From Eledone cirrhosa (Eukaryota): DNA of 64,000 bases. Below, in pieces: positions 38,450-50,265 of this stretch (position 1 is the stretch's first letter; every line of letters begins with the position of its first letter). The stretch lies in assembly GCA_964016885.1 (NCBI GenBank), contig OZ024741.1, positions 172,670,001-172,734,000 of the forward strand, in the 5' to 3' direction. The position numbers were made by a program, and so were the translations under genes. The notes under the pieces were generated by a model. That model saw nothing but the letters and a program-made list of their open reading frames with translations, was not told the DNA's origin and ran no database searches.

Positions 38450-39050
38450 GTATATTAAACTATATTTAATGCTGGTCTATATTTTTGAATAAACATATTT
38501 TCCTTATTTGTTCGTATTTGTTCTGTTGTATTGTCAGCACAAAGATAAAATGGGAAGACTTGGAATTTGGGTGTCTTATTACTTGCGCATATGTCTAGAT
38601 GTGCACTTAGTGGTATCTGTCTCGTGGTTGGATCTCGTAATTTTAGCGATGAACTGTCATTCTGTTTCTGAGTGTGAGTTTAGTTTGTCCTATATAATCT
38701 TCATTACATCCTTTACATTTAATGGCATGAAGTAGATTTTTTGATGAGCAAGTGAAGTGATTTTTTTACAGCAAAATTTTGTCCTGATTGAAATGTATAC
38801 GTGTTGCCTTCAATGAGGTGAGTGCAGGTTCCACAATTAGAGCGACCACATTTTTTGACAGTTGGTTGTGGGTTTGTGGTAGGTAATTTGGCATTGGTGA
38901 GTAATGTTTTAGTGATTTCGGTTGACTTTTGCTTTTGATTATTTTGTGTGTTTCAAGGGCTTTTTTCATTCTTGGGTCTTGTTTCAATAGTGGGATGTTC
39001 TTGTGAATAGTGTTGTAAGCTTCCACATTTCTTGGGTTGTGTGTTGAGAT
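38450..39050 (-). mobile_element. Penelope-like element 3' fragment (linker + GIY-YIG endonuclease), decayed
   Basis: Minus strand reads FTCSSKNLLHAIKCKGCNEDYIGQTKLTLRNRMTVHR. Upstream KSKSQPKSLK linker motif. Confidence 0.75.
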
Positions 39051-39137
39051 ATATGATAGAATATTGGACGTACCTTGAATTTGTTTCTAAGACCAACCAG
39101 ATGTGAGAAAAACCACAGACCCTCCATCTCAACTCTA

Positions 39138-39173
39138 CTTTTGAAAAGCAGAAGAACTGCGAAACCGGTAAGG
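39138..39173 (+). ncRNA. Minimal hammerhead ribozyme, U3:A8 core variant
   Basis: ctt TTGAAAA gcag aagaa ctgc GAAA ccgg TA agg. Confidence 0.55.
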
Positions 39174-39195
39174 CATTTTCGATTTCATCTTTTTT

Positions 39196-39243
<48 letters not shown>

Positions 39244-39392
39244 TCTGAGTATATGTTGGTTGTTTACCGACACCTCAGTATGCAGATTGGAGCCCTCGAC
39301 GAAGTACGCAGGTTGTTTGGTTACTCCGGAGTAATGTAAAATAAAGTAATTAAGTCAAATATTTAAAATTTGGCTTCGTTTATTAAAGATGT

Positions 39393-39447
39393 ACTGCTAC
39401 ATATATTTCGGTGACAGTCATCATTGGCTGTGACCTCTTCAGGCAGT
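39393..39447 (-). ncRNA. Minimal type I hammerhead ribozyme (family A)
   Basis: actgc CTGAAGA ggtcacag..ctgtcacc GAAA tatatg TA gcagt. Confidence 0.8.
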
Positions 39448-40067
39448 CCGAATTGGTGTGGTAGAGACAGGTACACATGTTGTTAAAGTGTTTTACTCCG
39501 TCAATACTCCGATATTCCCAGCTCCTGGTTGGCTTGTTATTTCTCTGATGAACTGGAATCATATGAATTCGAACAAACGAATTTCAGCATCATAGGACAC
39601 TCTCTCCTCCCATTGGTCAGCTGTGAGAACATTCCTCAGTCAAAAGTCTAAAGAAATTTTTTTCTGAGGCAAGACAATCTGTTGTGGTTGTTTTTGTTAA
39701 GTACAGCTGACCTCCTCCCTTGTGTTTATTGGCGTTAGGGGTTGGTTGGCAGGTCAGACTTGGTTCTACTGCTGCTGTAGAGTAAAAACCCCCAACTCTG
39801 AACACCTTTACATAGGAGCCACATCAACGAGCTTTAAGGATCGATGGTATAACCATCGCCATTCCTTTAATAGGGAGGAGAAAAGGAAAAGTACGGCTCT
39901 TTCCGAACTGATCTGGAAGCTCAAGCTGTACAGGACCCCGTACTCTCTGGCCTGGTACAAAAACAGGAGAGTACCACCTGATAAAGGGGGATCTGGCATC
40001 TGTAAACTATGTCTGAGCGAGACCCTCGAGATACTCAGTGGTGAAAGCAGCCTGATAAACCTCAGGA

Positions 40068-40370
40068 CTGACTTCTTCGGGACATGTAGACACCTCAGGG
40101 CCGGGACCTTCCTCAAGCTATATGGACAATAATAACACACTGGGAGGAGAACTACCCTCAAGCTATAGGAACTTCTCCGGGACATGTAGACACTCCAGGC
40201 CCGGACCTTCCTCAAGCTATATGGACAATAACAACACTTTGGGATGGGAACTTCCCTCAAGCTATAGGGACTTCCTCGGGACATGTAGACACCTCAGGGC
40301 CGGGACCTTCCTCTAGCTATATGGGCAATAACAACGCATTGGGAAGGGAACTTCCCTCAAGCTATAGGGA
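40068..40370 (+). repeat. Three tandem ~100-bp repeats spanning the PLE stop codon
   Basis: GACATGTAGACAC at 40081, 40181 and 40280. Confidence 0.9.
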
Positions 40371-41422
40371 CAGTAGCCCCACCACACCGAGCTCACGATA
40401 AACCACCCCCTACACTTTCATCACCCTTACCCCTGCCTCGATCGACTCCTATGGCAGCACAGACTTATGCATATGTCCATACATAGATCCTGTTATTTAA
40501 GATTGTACATGCACTGATACTTACATATGTGTGTGTGTGTGTGAGGGGTGATTATGGGATGCACCTGAGCCCGTCTTTGTGCGTGTGGGCTTGCAACGAT
40601 GTGGGTGGACATACACGCATATGTACTCTATGCCGAATTAAAAACTGTAGTCCTCTGCATTTCCGGATCTTGACACTCAGGTTATGGTGTTTTACACTCC
40701 ACTCTTGCCTCATTTGCTCTTAAAACACACCACCCCATGATAGTGTAAAGATCGTAATCCTTTGCATTTCTCGATTCTGACACAGCCTTTATACTTCAGT
40801 CAATATTTTCCAAATCTTTCAAACTTTAATATTGGCTATAACACACACGCACTTTATTCTTCTTTGATATTTGATATTGGCTATAATAAACACGCATTTT
40901 ATTCTTTTTTTTTTTTTTTAACTTCTTCATTTTATTGTATCTTATCTTATTATTTTATTATTTTCTTATTTTATTTATTTATTTATATTTTATTTTTTCA
41001 TTTTACTATATCTTATTTCATTATCTGTTTGGCACCCACCACCAGGTGGTAGGATTGATGCCAACCCACACACACTCATTCTTCTAAAGACAGCAGCAGT
41101 AGAACCAAGGCTGACCTGCCAGCTAACCCCCCTAACACCAATAAACACAAGGGAGGAGGTCAGCTGTACTTAACAAAAACAACCACAACAGATTGTCTTA
41201 CCTCAGAAAAAAATTTCTTTAGACTTTTGACTGAGGAATGTTCTCACAACTGACCAATGGGAGGAGAGGGTGTCCTATGATGCCGAAATTCGTTTGTTCG
41301 AATTCATATGATTCCAGTTCCTCAGAGAAATAACAACCCAACCAGGAGCTGGATATATCGGAGTATTGACGGAGTAAAACACTTTAACAACATGTGTACC
41401 TGTCTCTACCACACCAATTCGG

Positions 41423-41477
41423 ACTGCCTGAAGAGGTCACAGCCAATGATAACTGTCACCGAAATATATATAGCAGT
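41423..41477 (+). ncRNA. Minimal type I hammerhead ribozyme (family A)
   Basis: actgc CTGAAGA ggtcacag ccaatgataa ctgtcacc GAAA tatata TA gcagt. Confidence 0.85.
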
Positions 41478-41745
41478 ACATCTTTAATAAACGAAGCCAA
41501 ATTTTAAATGTTTGACTTAATTACTTTATTTTATATATAAATTTTGCCTGATGGTTTGAACTTTACAACACCACCTGCCTCTTTGAGGTCAAATACCAAC
41601 CCAACTAGCATCTACAAACTGACCAATGAGAATTAAGACTATTCCTGCTGACAACATTAAATTATTCCTAACAAGCTCATATGTCCCAAGCCTCTGATAC
41701 CATCAACACTATAAACACAGAGCTGGCATATCTAAGGACTGACTA

Positions 41746-41803
41746 ACTGCCTGATGAGGTCATAGCCATTCAATGGCTATCATCGAAATATATATATAGC
41801 AGT
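41746..41803 (+). ncRNA. Minimal type I hammerhead ribozyme (family A variant)
   Basis: actgc CTGATGA ggtcatagccatt c aatggctatcatc GAAA tatatata TA gcagt. Confidence 0.85.
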
Positions 41804-41844
41804 AAATAAAGGATTATGAGTTCATGCAATTGACTTATGTTTCG

Positions 41845-42148
<304 letters not shown>

Positions 42149-42725
42149 TATATATATATATATATATATACCACGATAAATTAACGGAGCCATAGACTCT
42201 CGCTATTCCCTGTCATTAATGTGCTCAAAGGAGAAGGAATCCCGAGCCCTTTATAATACAATATGTTGAAAAGATAAGACACTAGAGAGAGAGAGATAGT
42301 GCGCCATCAGTCAGACAGGGAAAAACCACCAGTGTATGGAATCTAGAGCCCATGGAAGGCAAAGTAGACACACAATTATTGAAAGTATAAATTAAAGTGT
42401 AAATATATACCTCGATAACTATCTAACACAGGATCTGTTTCGCCAAATAAGTTGTTGACAGAAATGATTAGCCCATGATTCATCAGCGTGTGTAAGGCTA
42501 TACATTTCAGACAACTCTAAAAAAATCTAAAGCGACCGTCCAGCCACACGTGGGAGAGAGAATTCACAGCGTGCCCAGGGCAGTAACCAGTGGCCTCTGA
42601 GGGACGAGCTGCTAGAAAGGGCAGCCCAAACCACACAGAGAAGTGTGCCTAACCAAACAGAGAGAGGAAAGACTGTTATAAGGAGCGTATATATATATGT
42701 ATGCATATATACATATATATATATA

Positions 42726-42838
<113 letters not shown>

Positions 42839-42995
42839 AATTGTTCGCTACACATCTAGCCTAATGGAAAGAGAGAACGTAAATATACACGCTGCCTAGA
42901 GCAGGACGAAAAGACGTGTTGTCTGAAGCTTCCAAAAATAATGGTCGCTTCTAATAGGGTACGTCAAAATTATTTATAAAACTGTTTATATATTG

Positions 42996-43060
42996 TATTT
43001 TATCTGACGAAGGCATGCCATATTTTAATTTGGTATCCCTGAAATATGTATAATGAAATA
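42996..43060 (+). ncRNA. Minimal type I hammerhead ribozyme (family B)
   Basis: tattttat CTGACGA aggcatgcca..tggtatccct GAAA tatgta TA atgaaata. Confidence 0.8.
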
Positions 43061-43191
43061 AATAGGGTTTTATAAATATAGTTTCCGTTTATTTAATATC
43101 GTATATCTACTCCAAAAACTTGTCGAGTGCTTTATATCAGTTATAAAATATTTACTTGTTGTATCCCAACAATTTTAAATAAAACTTTTGC

Positions 43192-43255
<64 letters not shown>

Positions 43256-43259
<4 letters not shown>

Positions 43260-43597
43260 TTTGTTTACAAACCAAAAGGTTAAGACACTTTGACATTTAT
43301 TAACTGACAATTGCTTCTACCCTGGTTACGCTAACTATAGCGAATCATTTTATTTAACAATTCGCCGTTAGTGAGTAGTCTGTGGGTGTCATCAGAGTTT
43401 ATTTAAATACCGCTATAAGTTACTCAAGATAATAATTGTTTACAGTCATGAATACAGATAAAAAATATCGCAATGCAAAAGCAATAATAATTTTTGTTTG
43501 TGCTTTAGAGTTAACGATAAAATTTAACGGTTAAGAAACCAATTCCAACAAGTCGTTGTCTGAAAAAGAAATAATGTTATTTGTGTTTTAGAGTTAA
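43256..43597 (-). repeat. Left arm of an old inverted repeat (partner 48909-49285), containing a degenerate long-stem-II hammerhead
   Basis: The reverse complement aligns with 48909-49285 along its length. Confidence 0.8.
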
Positions 43598-43907
43598 GGC
43601 TAAAACTATCTATATATCTAAAACAGAGAATGTCTGTCTGTCTGATTCCCTAAAACTCAAGAACCACTCAACCGATTGTTTTCAAACTTTACACATGTAA
43701 TACTTATGGTCCTGTGAGTGTTTTGAGCAAACTTTTCAATGCCCTAGGGACCGCATTAGGTGATTTAGCGATCCCTCTCTATAATTCTTAGTCTTTCTTT
43801 TTAGATAGACACATAGCTACAACGTCGCGCCCTTATAATATCTGTCTGTATGTCTGATGTCTGCATTACGATATTATGTGTGTGTCTGTATATATGTCTA
43901 TATAGTG

Positions 43908-43998
<91 letters not shown>

Positions 43999-44121
43999 CG
44001 TTTTTCGAAATATTTACTTCTGCGTTCACGGATTGATTTTTAGTTTTAGAAGATCCCGTTAAGGGTGAAAGCAGCGATTCTTTGCTTAAACTTTAACCTG
44101 CTATTTTAATATATATACATA

Positions 44122-47100
44122 TTGTTATTATTATTATTATTATTGTTATTGTTATTCCTTGAATCTCAGTCATAGATGTTGGTTAACTGGAAAGTCCGTT
44201 GGATTGAATATCAAGCCACTACCTGCAGCCTCAGATATTCAGGACGTATCGGAGGGTTCTTGCTGTTCCAAGCAAGCATGCCTTTTGAAGCGTTCCAAAA
44301 AGCGTGAAGGGGCTAATTTTCTTTAACCATCCCTGGAAACTTTTGGAGATAGTCCCCAGTGCGCCTATGACAATCGGGATCACTTTGACTTCATGGCAGT
44401 TCCAAATTCTTTTCACCTCCCACTTTAGGTCCTGGTATCGGTTAATTTTCTCCCTCTCCTTCTCTTGCACTCTCGTGTCGAACGGGCAGGCCACATCCAC
44501 AATCAGGCACGATCTTTTTTCTTTGTCCACAACCACCAGGTCAGGTCTATTGTGTTCCAGTTTTTTGTCCGTCTGTATCCTAAAATCCCACAGCACCTTC
44601 ACCTGATTGTTCTCCATCACCGCCTCTGGCCTATGCTCATACCATTTCTCAGAATGTGGTAGATTGTTTACTTTGCACAGGTGCCAGTGGATCACCCTGC
44701 CCATCACATCGTGTCTCCAGCCCTTATAGTGGGTCTGGGCTAGGTGTTTACACTCGGACACAATGTGAGCCACAGTCTCCTCTCTCTCTCCACAGATCCT
44801 GCACAGTGGGCTAGCCTCCTCCTTGTAGATATGGTGCTTCAACCACTTCGTTTTGAGGGCCTGCTCCTGCGCAGCCATTAGCATTCCTTCTGTAGCCTTT
44901 TTGAGGTCTCCTCTTCTCAACCAGTTCCATGTCTGTGGATCTCTAAATTCAGTTTTCTCAAAGAAGGTACTATGAAGGGATTTTCCCTTAAGGCTGCTCT
45001 TCCTCCTTGATGTTATTTCCTCCCTGGACATCCCCTGGCCTACTGTCCCCTCCTTCAGTACAGTTCTGAGCATTGGCTCCTTACTATAGGTCACGTATTT
45101 GTATAGGTTGTTTTTCTCCATCTGAACACAGTCCTCTATGCTGATAAGACCTCTTCCACCCTCAGATCTCCTTAGGTAGAGTCTATCGACATCACTCCTC
45201 TTGTGGAACATGTTGTAGATAGTCAATAGCTTCCTAGTCTTCCTATCCATTTCTTTTTGTTCAGCAACATTCCATCTCAGAATTCCCGCACTGTACCTAA
45301 TAATAGACACAGCTCGGGAATTTACTGCGCTTATGGCGTTTCTGCTGTTCAGATGTGACTTCAATACGCTCCTTACTCTCCGAATGTATTCAGTTCTTAA
45401 CAATTCCTTCATTTTTTTGTTCTTTATGCCATCAGCCTCCAGAACGCCCAAATACTTGTATCCTTCCTCAGAGTCAATTTCCTTTATCATCTCACCTGTT
45501 GGTATCTGGATCCCGTTACTTCTGCTCAACCTACCCCTCTTCATCACAATGACTCCACATTTACCAATACCAAACTGCATACATATATCACTGCTGAAAA
45601 TACGGACAGTGTCAACAAGCACATCCAACTCCTTCTCACTTTTCCCGAAGAGCTTAAGATCGTCCATGAAGAGGAGGTGATTGATGGTAAGCTCTCCCCT
45701 TCCCAACTTGTATCCTGCTCTCACTTTTCGCAGCATAATGGTCAAGGGCATCAGGGCAAGGACAAACAACAGAGGGGACAGGCTATCTCCCTGGAAGATA
45801 CCTCTCTTGATCTTCACGCTTCCCAAGGATACTCCAGTTGATGTCAACTCTGTCTCCCAGGACCCCATACTCCTGCCTAGCAACTGTCTGATGTTATCTG
45901 CCACCCTGAAGATCTCCAGGCTTTTGGTGATCCAGGAATGAGGCACCATGTCAAATGCCTTTCTGTAGTCTATCCATCCCATGGCAAGATCAGTGTGTCT
46001 CCTCCTGCAATTCCCCATTACCATCTTATCAATAAGCAACTGGTCCTTTGTACCACGTGACTTCTTTCGGCATCCTTTCTGTTCGTCCGGTAACAAGTTG
46101 TTTGTGTGGAGGTGATGGTAGATTTCCTCAGACACAATGCTCGTCAACAGTTTCCACATTACGGGCAGACATGTGATAGGTCTATAGTTGGTAGCATCAT
46201 TACCCTTGATTCGGTCTTTCATTATCAGAACTGTGGTACCTTTTGTCAACCACTCTGACACCTCACCCGACACCAAGCAGTCATTGAACATGGCCGTCAG
46301 CTTCGGGTGGAGGGATGTTAAATGTTTAATCCAATACCCCTGCACACCATCTGGGCCTGGTGATTTCCAGTTGGTTAGTTTTTTGGCTTGCCCCTTAAGA
46401 GTTTCAACTGTGATACTCAAATCAGTCTGTTGCTGTGCCTGCTCACCGATCTCCCTCTGTACTGTCTCAATCCACCCTGCCTGGGCATTGTGTCTAACAT
46501 CCTGCTCCCATATTCCTCTCCAGAATGTTTTAGTTTGTTCCGCCCCAGGGATCAAGTCGTTTCCTCTTTCTTTGCCCTCAAGCTGTCCAAACAGCATCTT
46601 CTGGTTGTTGTCGAACATGCGGTTCTGTTTATACTGACTGACTCTGTTCTCGTATCGCCTGATTTTGGCACTCTTTGCTACAATGCGTTGCTTCAATTCC
46701 TCTATGATAATATTTAGCTTTTTACTCCTAGTTTTGTATTTTATTTCCAGTCTATTTTTAGTGCCTATGTTTTTTAGTGTCCCATTCAGTAGTGACTCAA
46801 GCTTTCCTATGTCATTTCTCATTTCCCCGATTTGCCCACTCAGTCGCTTCTTCCACCACGGCTCTGCTCTTTCTTGTCTGTTGTTTCCTCTCGCTTTTAT
46901 ACCAAGTAGTTTCCTCACCGTATTTGCTGTTGCTCTGAGGATATTGTTGCACTGGTGAAGGCTCCTCGCCTCAAGGTATGGGATGACTTTGTTTACCTTA
47001 GCTGTTGTTTCTTTTAACTTTTTCCTGTCTACAAATCTTAGGTTCATAGGTCTTCCACTATCATTGTTCAATTCATCTACCACTAAATTTAGGATGTCAA

Positions 47101-48705
47101 CCGAATCTTGTCCTAGCCCGTCAGCATTCATCTCCTCAGTGGCCGTATCTCTGTTCCAGGTATTATTTATCTCAGTATTCAGATCATTGTCTGCTTCGGG
47201 TGGTTCCTCCGTTCTCAGGACCTCCTCACCTTCATTTCCCACCGGCTCGCTTGTCTGGCATACTACACCCGCCATCTCCAAGCCATTCTCTCTGCTCAGT
47301 TCCTCCAGTTCCAGCTCGCTTATCCACCCATTAGTTCTTATTACCCGAGCCTGCCCGGCCAATTTTTGTTCATCTAATTTAAATAAACCAATCTCGTTCC
47401 AGATGTTATGCATCCGTCTCCTGTAGCCCCTCTCCTTGGGGTTACTTTTCAGGTAGCATTGCATAACAGTTCTATTCAATTCTTTCGTCCAGTTGGTTCT
47501 GGCCCCTTTCCTTCTTCTCCTTCCTCCAACATCAGCAGTATTTGGTTGACAGTCAGGTTCCTGCTGCTGAGCCAGGGGGCACCTGTTGGGTGAGAGTCTG
47601 TCGCATGACGTTCTAGTCTCCATTTCACCGTTATTCGAACTGTTTATGTTCGATATTTAAACACTCTTATCGAGGATTGGCGAATGTATGTTTACATAGC
47701 CATCTGTGGATCCGCCATCCCACTTGGCCCTTGTGTGGCATTATCACCACGCTGTATACGAACACACATAAACAAACAAACACACAGGCAGAAAGGGCCC
47801 CAAAAATGAATAAGCATAAGTTTCATTGTAATGTAGTGTTCGAATGTCTGACTTAGTTTTAGTTTTTTAAGTTTTACTTTTTCCCCCCTCTTCTCTGTCC
47901 GTCCGCCTGCTTCTCTCTTCATTCTTATTTTCTTTACGTTTTGGGGGTTTCTTTTTTTGTTTTTGTTTTTCTCTGTTTGTTTTTCTCGTTTTTTGCTGTT
48001 GTTGCTGTGCTGCTTTGGTTTTGTTGTTTGTTTTTTCTTTTTTCTTTTGAGTCTATCTATATATTTTGATGCCTTCCTCTTTGTTAGTAGTAGGAATTCT
48101 ATAATGTGGAAGTAGCAGCCAGCAGGGGGAAGTGGGAGACTGGCGGCGGTAGCGATACTGAGACAGTGGTGGTGGTGATGTCGATACCGAGGCAGTGGTG
48201 GCGGTGATGTGACCGTATTACTGTAGTGATGGTGCTGTAGCGGTGGCAGTAGTGAAGGAGTCAAGGGGTGGTGGCGGCGGTGATGGGATAGTGGTGGTAA
48301 TGATGGCCGTAGTGAGCGGTGGCGGTGAAGGTGAAAATGTCGTTATCTGGCTGTTGTGTTTAGTGTACACAGATGATGGGGTGGGTGGTGTATCTAGTTT
48401 CTGGTGTTGGTGAGTTTAGCTGTCCTATATAGTGTAGCCAGATGAGAGGAGGGGGGGGGGGTTCTTCTTCCATTTATAGCCATTTTCTTTTTTGGATATA
48501 CAGTGTACAATACAAAGTTGAATATTTGAATATTTGAGCCTTATAACAATATATTTTGGGTCCGAATTTTTTGGGGCTCAAGCCGGGTGCTTTACGTAGC
48601 ATTTGTACTAAGAGTTGTTATTTCACAAATGATTTAAATATGTTAAAAATTCAAAACTTACGGGAGCGATTTCATGACCTCCGTCACCTCGTGCGTCTTC
48701 TTCCC

Positions 48706-48706
<1 letters not shown>
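44122..48706 (-). mobile_element. R4/Dong-like RLE non-LTR retrotransposon, apparently full length, flanked by (TAA)n
   Basis: Single RT+RLE ORF. (TAA)n-type tail at 44122-44156 and (TTA)n at 48707-48762. The 5' boundary is inferred. Confidence 0.8.
44231..47623 (-). CDS. Intact 1130-aa reverse transcriptase with C-terminal CCHC finger and restriction-like (PD-D/ExK) endonuclease
   Basis: YRPITCL, GIFQGDSLSPLLF, FMDD, CRICGEREETVAHIVSEC, RHD, RPDLVVVD...IVDVACP...K..RY. No APE domain. Confidence 0.93.
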   Translation of the reverse strand: METRTSCDRLSPNRCPLAQQQEPDCQPNTADVGGRRRRKGARTNWTKELNRTVMQCYLKSNPKERGYRRRMHNIWNEIGLFKLDEQKLAGQARVIRTNGWISELELEELSRENGLEMAGVVCQTSEPVGNEGEEVLRTEEPPEADNDLNTEINNTWNRDTATEEMNADGLGQDSVDILNLVVDELNNDSGRPMNLRFVDRKKLKETTAKVNKVIPYLEARSLHQCNNILRATANTVRKLLGIKARGNNRQERAEPWWKKRLSGQIGEMRNDIGKLESLLNGTLKNIGTKNRLEIKYKTRSKKLNIIIEELKQRIVAKSAKIRRYENRVSQYKQNRMFDNNQKMLFGQLEGKERGNDLIPGAEQTKTFWRGIWEQDVRHNAQAGWIETVQREIGEQAQQQTDLSITVETLKGQAKKLTNWKSPGPDGVQGYWIKHLTSLHPKLTAMFNDCLVSGEVSEWLTKGTTVLIMKDRIKGNDATNYRPITCLPVMWKLLTSIVSEEIYHHLHTNNLLPDEQKGCRKKSRGTKDQLLIDKMVMGNCRRRHTDLAMGWIDYRKAFDMVPHSWITKSLEIFRVADNIRQLLGRSMGSWETELTSTGVSLGSVKIKRGIFQGDSLSPLLFVLALMPLTIMLRKVRAGYKLGRGELTINHLLFMDDLKLFGKSEKELDVLVDTVRIFSSDICMQFGIGKCGVIVMKRGRLSRSNGIQIPTGEMIKEIDSEEGYKYLGVLEADGIKNKKMKELLRTEYIRRVRSVLKSHLNSRNAISAVNSRAVSIIRYSAGILRWNVAEQKEMDRKTRKLLTIYNMFHKRSDVDRLYLRRSEGGRGLISIEDCVQMEKNNLYKYVTYSKEPMLRTVLKEGTVGQGMSREEITSRRKSSLKGKSLHSTFFEKTEFRDPQTWNWLRRGDLKKATEGMLMAAQEQALKTKWLKHHIYKEEASPLCRICGEREETVAHIVSECKHLAQTHYKGWRHDVMGRVIHWHLCKVNNLPHSEKWYEHRPEAVMENNQVKVLWDFRIQTDKKLEHNRPDLVVVDKEKRSCLIVDVACPFDTRVQEKEREKINRYQDLKWEVKRIWNCHEVKVIPIVIGALGTISKSFQGWLKKISPFTLFGTLQKACLLGTARTLRYVLNI

Positions 48707-48764
<58 letters not shown>

Positions 48765-48908
48765 CATTCGTGTACAGATATTTTTGCATACACAATAACA
48801 AAGTCTAAACAAACGTATTTATTTCACAAGGCTCGATAAGGATAAATATATATCAAATATATAAGAACCCTAGAGCAAATCCCGAGCAACGCCGGGCCAT
48901 TCTGCTAG

Positions 48909-49285
48909 TTAACACTAAAACAGAAATAACATTATTTCTCTTTCAGACTACGTCAATTTGAAAATGGTTTCTTAAATGGTTACATTTTATCGTGAACTCT
49001 AAAACACAAACAAAAATAATTGTTTCTTTCAGACTAACTACGATATATTTAACTGTATTCATGACTGTAATCGTGATATTCTAATAAGTGATTTCTGTAT
49101 TATATGTTCCAATTATTATCTTGAGTATCTTATATTGGTATTTAAATAAACTCGAATGACACCCATGGTTTACTTACATATGGCGAATTGTTAAATAAAA
49201 TCATTCGCTATAGGTAGAATATCCCGGGTAGAGACAATTGTCAGATAATAAATGCTTTAAATTCTTTGGTTTGTAAACAAACTAT
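48909..49285 (+). repeat. Right arm of the inverted repeat (partner 43256-43597)
   Basis: ttaacactaaaacagaaataacattatttc mirrors gaaataatgttatttgtgttttagagttaa. Confidence 0.8.
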
Positions 49286-49392
49286 AATTGTTAAAAAGGT
49301 CTGCTGCATTCTCATTGCAGTCAACTGAAAAACACCTAGTAAATTAGTATATTTACTCTCATTAATATTATTATTAGTATTATTATTATTAT

Positions 49393-49452
<60 letters not shown>

Positions 49453-49463
49453 TTTTAGAATAA

Positions 49464-49522
<59 letters not shown>

Positions 49523-49651
49523 GGAAAGTTATATTTAAAATGTTGGGTTACAACGAGTAAATATTTATAACTGATATAAAAGCACTCAACAAGTATTTGG
49601 AGTATATTTACGATATTAAATAAATGGAAATTATATTTATAAAACCATATT

Positions 49652-49717
49652 TATTTCACTATATATATTTCAGGGATATCATATTAACAATATGTTATGC
49701 CTTCTTCAGACAAAATA
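49652..49717 (-). ncRNA. Minimal type I hammerhead ribozyme (family B)
   Basis: tattttgt CTGAAGA aggcataacat..atgatatccct GAAA tatata TA gtgaaata. Confidence 0.75.
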
Positions 49718-50265
49718 CAATATAAACAGTCTTATAAATAAATAGATATGACATACCTTTTCAAATATCAACTTGCATTTGTGAAGTTGATTTGGCAGTA
49801 AAAATATTATGGACGGTTGTAAAAGAAAGAGAGAAAGAAAAAAGAAGACAAACGAAGAAAAAGAAGAAATGGATGTGACAAATAGATGTGACTAAATAGA
49901 GAGAGATAGAAATAGAAAGATATATAAAGATATATAAAGAGAAGAACTTCATGTAAAGAAACAGAGAGAAACACATAGAGAGAGGAAAAAAAGGGAGATA
50001 GATAGAGATAGATTCTCTCTGTTTCTTTACATGAAGTTCTTCTCTTTATATATCTTTATATATCTTTCTATTTCTATCTCTCTCTATTTAGTCACATCTA
50101 TTTGTCACATCCATTTCTTCTTTTTCTTCGTTTCTCTTCTTTTTTCTTTCTCTCTTTCTTTTACAACCGTCCATAATATTTTTACTGCCAAATCAACTTC
50201 ACAAATGCAAGTTGATATTTGAAAAGGTATGTCATATCTATTTATTTATAAGACTGTTTATATTG

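Larger units (their letters stand above)
39240..41533 (+). mobile_element. 5'-truncated Penelope-like element with inverted 5' pseudo-LTR (~39336-39778 inverted relative to ~41089-41533)
   Basis: ~440-bp inverted arms each carry a hammerhead. Between them lies a GIY-YIG C-terminal fragment (YIGATSTSFKDRWYNH...CKLCLSE, to 40132). Confidence 0.85.
43609..48908 (+). mobile_element. Non-autonomous Helitron (own sequence ~43609-44120 and ~48763-48908) interrupted by the Dong-like element
   Basis: a|TCTATATAT 5' end followed by (GTCT)n. 3' hairpin CCCGAGCAACGCCGGG then CTAG|t. A|T target. Confidence 0.75.

Noticed and set aside
42426-42493. Minus-strand CTGATGA...GAAAC hammerhead candidate
   Set aside because: Stem II does not pair and stem III is unclear. 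At best a decayed copy.
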